From positions 1,242-65,241 of the forward strand of contig NZ_JBALDA010000031.1 in assembly GCF_036917535.1 (NCBI RefSeq): a stretch of DNA of 64,000 nt. The letters run 5' to 3'. This document shows positions 60,690 to 64,000 of the stretch, in pieces. This DNA comes from Nostoc sp. (GTDB lineage: Bacteria; Cyanobacteriota; Cyanobacteriia; Cyanobacteriales; Nostocaceae). Position numbers and translations under genes: made by a program. The notes beneath the pieces were generated by a model. It had not been told where the DNA came from. It made no database searches and was given only the letters and a program-made list of their open reading frames with translations. Every line of letters starts with the position of its first letter. Positions within the stretch are counted from its first letter, which is position 1.

Positions 60690-61916
60690 CTATCTTTTCT
60701 TAGCTGTTGGTTTAGCAAGACGAACTGCTGCCGCCACTGCCTCATCTAAATTTTCTACCACGAGGAGCGCGTCGCTATGGGTTTTTAGTGTTGCTAAATC
60801 TTTTCTCGCAGTGTTAAATTCAGAACCAGCAAGACGAACAACTAAGGATGGAAAATTAAGCTCTTGCCGAACTTTACTACCATTAGAACGTACAACCTGT
60901 GATTCAAGTTCGCTGTTGTCTGGCTGCACAACTCTAGCTATAACTTCAGCCACTTCCTCAGTTTGCGGAATGCTACCCAGAAAGTTAATTAGTATTACTT
61001 GAATGCTTTGATCAGCCTCCAGCATTTTCAAACCTGTTTCTAGGCGATCGCGGAAGGTAGTTGGTGTAGTATCTGTAAGAAAAGCATGACGTAGATTCAA
61101 ACAAACACCTGGATTGCCACCAGCATTCGCAACTAAATCTAAAGTCGCCATCACTGAACCAGTACCATTACCTAAAATACCGATTTTTCCATGCATTTGT
61201 ACACCATCCCAGTCGCCCAAAATACCATTGATTTCAGTACTGGTATGACGACTGATAATTTTTGCTGCCATCTCCGCCAGATCGGGATGACGCTTGATCG
61301 ACCGTTCGTTGACCCTGACTTTACCATTAAGAGCCATAACTTGACTACTAGTACTGACTGCCAAGGGATTAATTTCGACTAAATCCAGGTCTTTTTGGAC
61401 AAATAACTCGTACATCTTCTCTAAAACGCTGCTTACCGACTGCATCAGCGTCCCTTGCAAACCCATTTTCAAAGCCAATCGTCGCGCATAAAATGGCGAG
61501 AATTCTTGTTCTACAACAACATAGTGCATTCTTTCCCCAGCGGATTCCCAATCGATGTCTGCTTCTTTGCAACCTAAAAGTACCGGTCGGCAGACAGCAG
61601 TATCTAAAACCACCGCTAAATAAAATTCCTGGTTGGCGTCGTATTGAGATTCTGCCAGCACAACTTCCGGCAATTCGCCCCATATTGGTAAACTAAAAAT
61701 ATTTTGAGCTGCTGCGACCGCATCAATAGTTGTTTGGGCAAACCTGACTCCACCCGCTTTTGCCCGTTCTGCTCCGTGGACTTGAGATTTCAGTACAATT
61801 GGAAAGCGAATTTTTAACCGTTTCAAATCTGTAGGATGGTCAATTCGTTGGGAAGGCAATACCGGAATGCCTATCTTCGCAAACCATTCTTTAACTTGGT
61901 ACTCTAATAAATCCAT
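60690..61916 (-). CDS. sucC: Succinyl-CoA synthetase beta-like ATP-grasp protein, divergent
   Basis: LLEYQVK, KSQVH...KAGG, EINPL, GNG.G..MATLD and VRLAG motifs. Confidence 0.8.
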   Translation of the reverse strand: MDLLEYQVKEWFAKIGIPVLPSQRIDHPTDLKRLKIRFPIVLKSQVHGAERAKAGGVRFAQTTIDAVAAAQNIFSLPIWGELPEVVLAESQYDANQEFYLAVVLDTAVCRPVLLGCKEADIDWESAGERMHYVVVEQEFSPFYARRLALKMGLQGTLMQSVSSVLEKMYELFVQKDLDLVEINPLAVSTSSQVMALNGKVRVNERSIKRHPDLAEMAAKIISRHTSTEINGILGDWDGVQMHGKIGILGNGTGSVMATLDLVANAGGNPGVCLNLRHAFLTDTTPTTFRDRLETGLKMLEADQSIQVILINFLGSIPQTEEVAEVIARVVQPDNSELESQVVRSNGSKVRQELNFPSLVVRLAGSEFNTARKDLATLKTHSDALLVVENLDEAVAAAVRLAKPTAKKR

Positions 61917-62564
61917 TGATACACCTTGTATTGACACTTTCCAAGCTTTTGGTTAGTCCTGTCTTAATATTTTGCAGCACCTTTATTGCAGAATTAACCT
62001 TTTTGCAGCTATCAAAACTTATTTTTTACGGATCAATTTTATCGAATTCAGCAAATTCAGCATATTAATTTCGATAGCCAACCTGTTTGTAGCAGAACCA
62101 CAACAGGTAATTAATTTTCTCAGCAAGTTTCCCAGCATAGAAGATAATTAGCAGTTCTGTCAAAATACTCTGACATAGCATAGTTTTCTTAACCTCTAGA
62201 TAATTTGGTAACAACTGCTCTGCAACTAGATTTTGCAGAGCAGTAGGTATTGTGAGTTTAATTGTCGCGAAATAACGCAGTGAAAATACTCAAATTTCCT
62301 ATTATTCCCATTTTGTATTTGTAATTTATATCTGAAGACAGATTATTTAATTTTGCATCTAGCGCTGTAAAAATGTATCGCCACGAACAATAATTACTTT
62401 TTTAACTTTTGGTGAAAAGTCAGAATTTGTGTTAGAAAGTTGGTCGTTCAGATTTTCAGGCTGTGGTTGATTAAACTGTGCATTTGCATTCAACAAACCT
62501 AAAAAGTTCATTTCATCTCCTTAAAGATAATCAAAACAATATAGAAGTTCAGCGGGAAAGCTCT

Positions 62565-64000
62565 ATGAAAGTAGCAGTCCAGCAGGAAGATTTACAGCTT
62601 TTAGCCAAAACTTTGCAAGAACAATTACTTGTAGAAGTCTCAACCGCTGAAGTCTTAGAGGTTAAGTGCGTCGTCAATAAAGGCGAGCTAATGATTTTAA
62701 CGCAACACGCATCAGATGTAATAGTTGACGCTCAACTAATTTTTGCAGTTATTGAGGAAGTACTTCAATCTCTAGCACCCCACAAAGAGCAGCGGGTGCA
62801 ATGTTTCCTCAGAGTTTTTGGCGAACAATTTCCTTATACTAAATGTTTCTTGGCGTTGAAGCCGACTGAGGGATGGGTAGCAGAAAAAGATGAAGAAGCA
62901 CAAGAAGATAAGGAAGTAATATCCCCCTCATCGTCTCTGACATCTTCTCCATCAATCAATGAGAGTGAAGAAGAAGAACTGTTTGACCCGTTTGCAGATG
63001 TGCCGAATTTGTCGGCTTCAAAGCCAGGATTCCAGGTCAAATCTATCCTATTGGGTGCGACGTTGGTGGTAATTATAGTTTTGGGCGGTGGTGCTTACTT
63101 ATTGACTCGCCCTTGTGTGATGTCTGAGTGTAAAGAAATACAAAACGCCGAGCGATTAAAAACAAAATCTCCGCAGCTGATGCGCCACGCCAAATCTGAA
63201 AAAGAATTAGTAGCTGTACAACAGCAACTTACAGCAGCCAGTACAAACCTGAATGTAATTCCTAGTTGGTCGCCTCGTTACCAGCTGTCACAGGAACTAA
63301 AAGCAAGTTTGTCTGGGCGAGCAGAAAAAATCAATCAGGTGGTCAAAGCTTTGCAAACGGCATCTTTGGCGACACAAAAAGTTCAAACTCCTGCATCTAG
63401 CTTAGAGGAATTACAAACTAGGCAACACTTATGGCGACAGGCGATAGCACCACTAGAAAGTATAAGTTCCAGTAGTGAACTCTATGGGTTGGTCCAGGGT
63501 AAATTACTGAATTATCGTGTCCGTTTGCACGCTGTAAATCAACAGATATTTCTTGAGGAAAAATGGCTGAAAAAACTAACCGCAGCAAAAGTTGTAGCCG
63601 TTGCAGCCGAAAAACAGGAAGCTACTGCTAAATCCTTGAATGACTGGCAAAAGGTGCAGTCTACTTGGCTGGTAGTAATTAATGCTTTGAATACCATTCC
63701 CCGAAATAGCGTTGGATACCAAGAAGCCCAAAAGCTGTTGGTAGATTATAAACCTAAGTTAGTATTAGTACGCGATCGCGCTACTAAAGAACAATTAGCT
63801 GTTAAAACCTACCAACAGGCCCTTAGCACTGCCAAGCAAGCCAAAGTTTATCAACAACAAAACCAATGGCAAGCAGCAGCGATATATTGGGATCAGGCTT
63901 TGCAAACTGCTAAAAAAGTTCCCCAAGATGGCTTGTACTACACTCAAGCTCAGTCTCTCATCGAACCCTATTCAGCTGCGCTCAAACAAGCACAAGAAAA
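62565..64000 (+). CDS. Large membrane-anchored helical hypothetical protein, truncated by the window end
   Basis: Open frame from ATG 62565 (MKVAVQQEDLQLL...), TM segment ILLGATLVVIIVLGGGAYLL, then AxxxWQ helical repeats. Confidence 0.8.
   Translation, partial: MKVAVQQEDLQLLAKTLQEQLLVEVSTAEVLEVKCVVNKGELMILTQHASDVIVDAQLIFAVIEEVLQSLAPHKEQRVQCFLRVFGEQFPYTKCFLALKPTEGWVAEKDEEAQEDKEVISPSSSLTSSPSINESEEEELFDPFADVPNLSASKPGFQVKSILLGATLVVIIVLGGGAYLLTRPCVMSECKEIQNAERLKTKSPQLMRHAKSEKELVAVQQQLTAASTNLNVIPSWSPRYQLSQELKASLSGRAEKINQVVKALQTASLATQKVQTPASSLEELQTRQHLWRQAIAPLESISSSSELYGLVQGKLLNYRVRLHAVNQQIFLEEKWLKKLTAAKVVAVAAEKQEATAKSLNDWQKVQSTWLVVINALNTIPRNSVGYQEAQKLLVDYKPKLVLVRDRATKEQLAVKTYQQALSTAKQAKVYQQQNQWQAAAIYWDQALQTAKKVPQDGLYYTQAQSLIEPYSAALKQAQE

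Noticed and set aside
1389-63040. Numerous short antisense or alternate-frame ORFs inside real genes
   Set aside because: Shadow ORFs without motifs that fully overlap well-supported genes

Overview
A window from a heterocyst-forming cyanobacterium, most similar to Nostoc (evidence: many HIP1 GCGATCGC octamers, 7-bp STRR tracts, and nif/hup gene content and order). Positions 1-16013 are the right-hand part of a large nifD excision element. It ends at the 11-bp site GGATTACTCCG (16003-16013), which is followed in frame by the last 52 codons of nifD. The element carries xisA, three phased TGT-N9-ACA boxes and diverse cargo: phoD, a PEP-CTERM protein, an SH3/GH75-like protein, a sensor kinase, a methyltransferase, a dienelactone hydrolase, DUF2267, xisH-xisI, PD-(D/E)XK/Uma2/HNH nucleases and vapBC. 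Next come nifK-nifE-nifN-nifX-nifW-hesA-hesB-fdxH, a mop/TOBE gene, a P-loop protein, two decaying loci, hupW, an uninterrupted hupSL and the extended hypFCDEAB operon. The window ends with small unknown genes, an LLM-family oxidoreductase, cysK, a NYN protein, a two-component pair, an IS630 remnant and a divergent sucCD pair. The strongest candidate for an undescribed system is at 33635-34983. An Rpn/DUF2887 nuclease gene has an internal Shine-Dalgarno plus ATG and is followed by two stand-alone variant copies of that C-terminal module, each with its own RBS, which looks like an array of RpnS-like antitoxin or specificity cassettes. Other leads are a paralogous pair of Cys-containing small proteins bracketing the hup/hyp block, xisHI inside a XisA element, a SucD lacking the catalytic His, and deeply nested small repeats. 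All calls are from reading the sequence only; no database searches were run.
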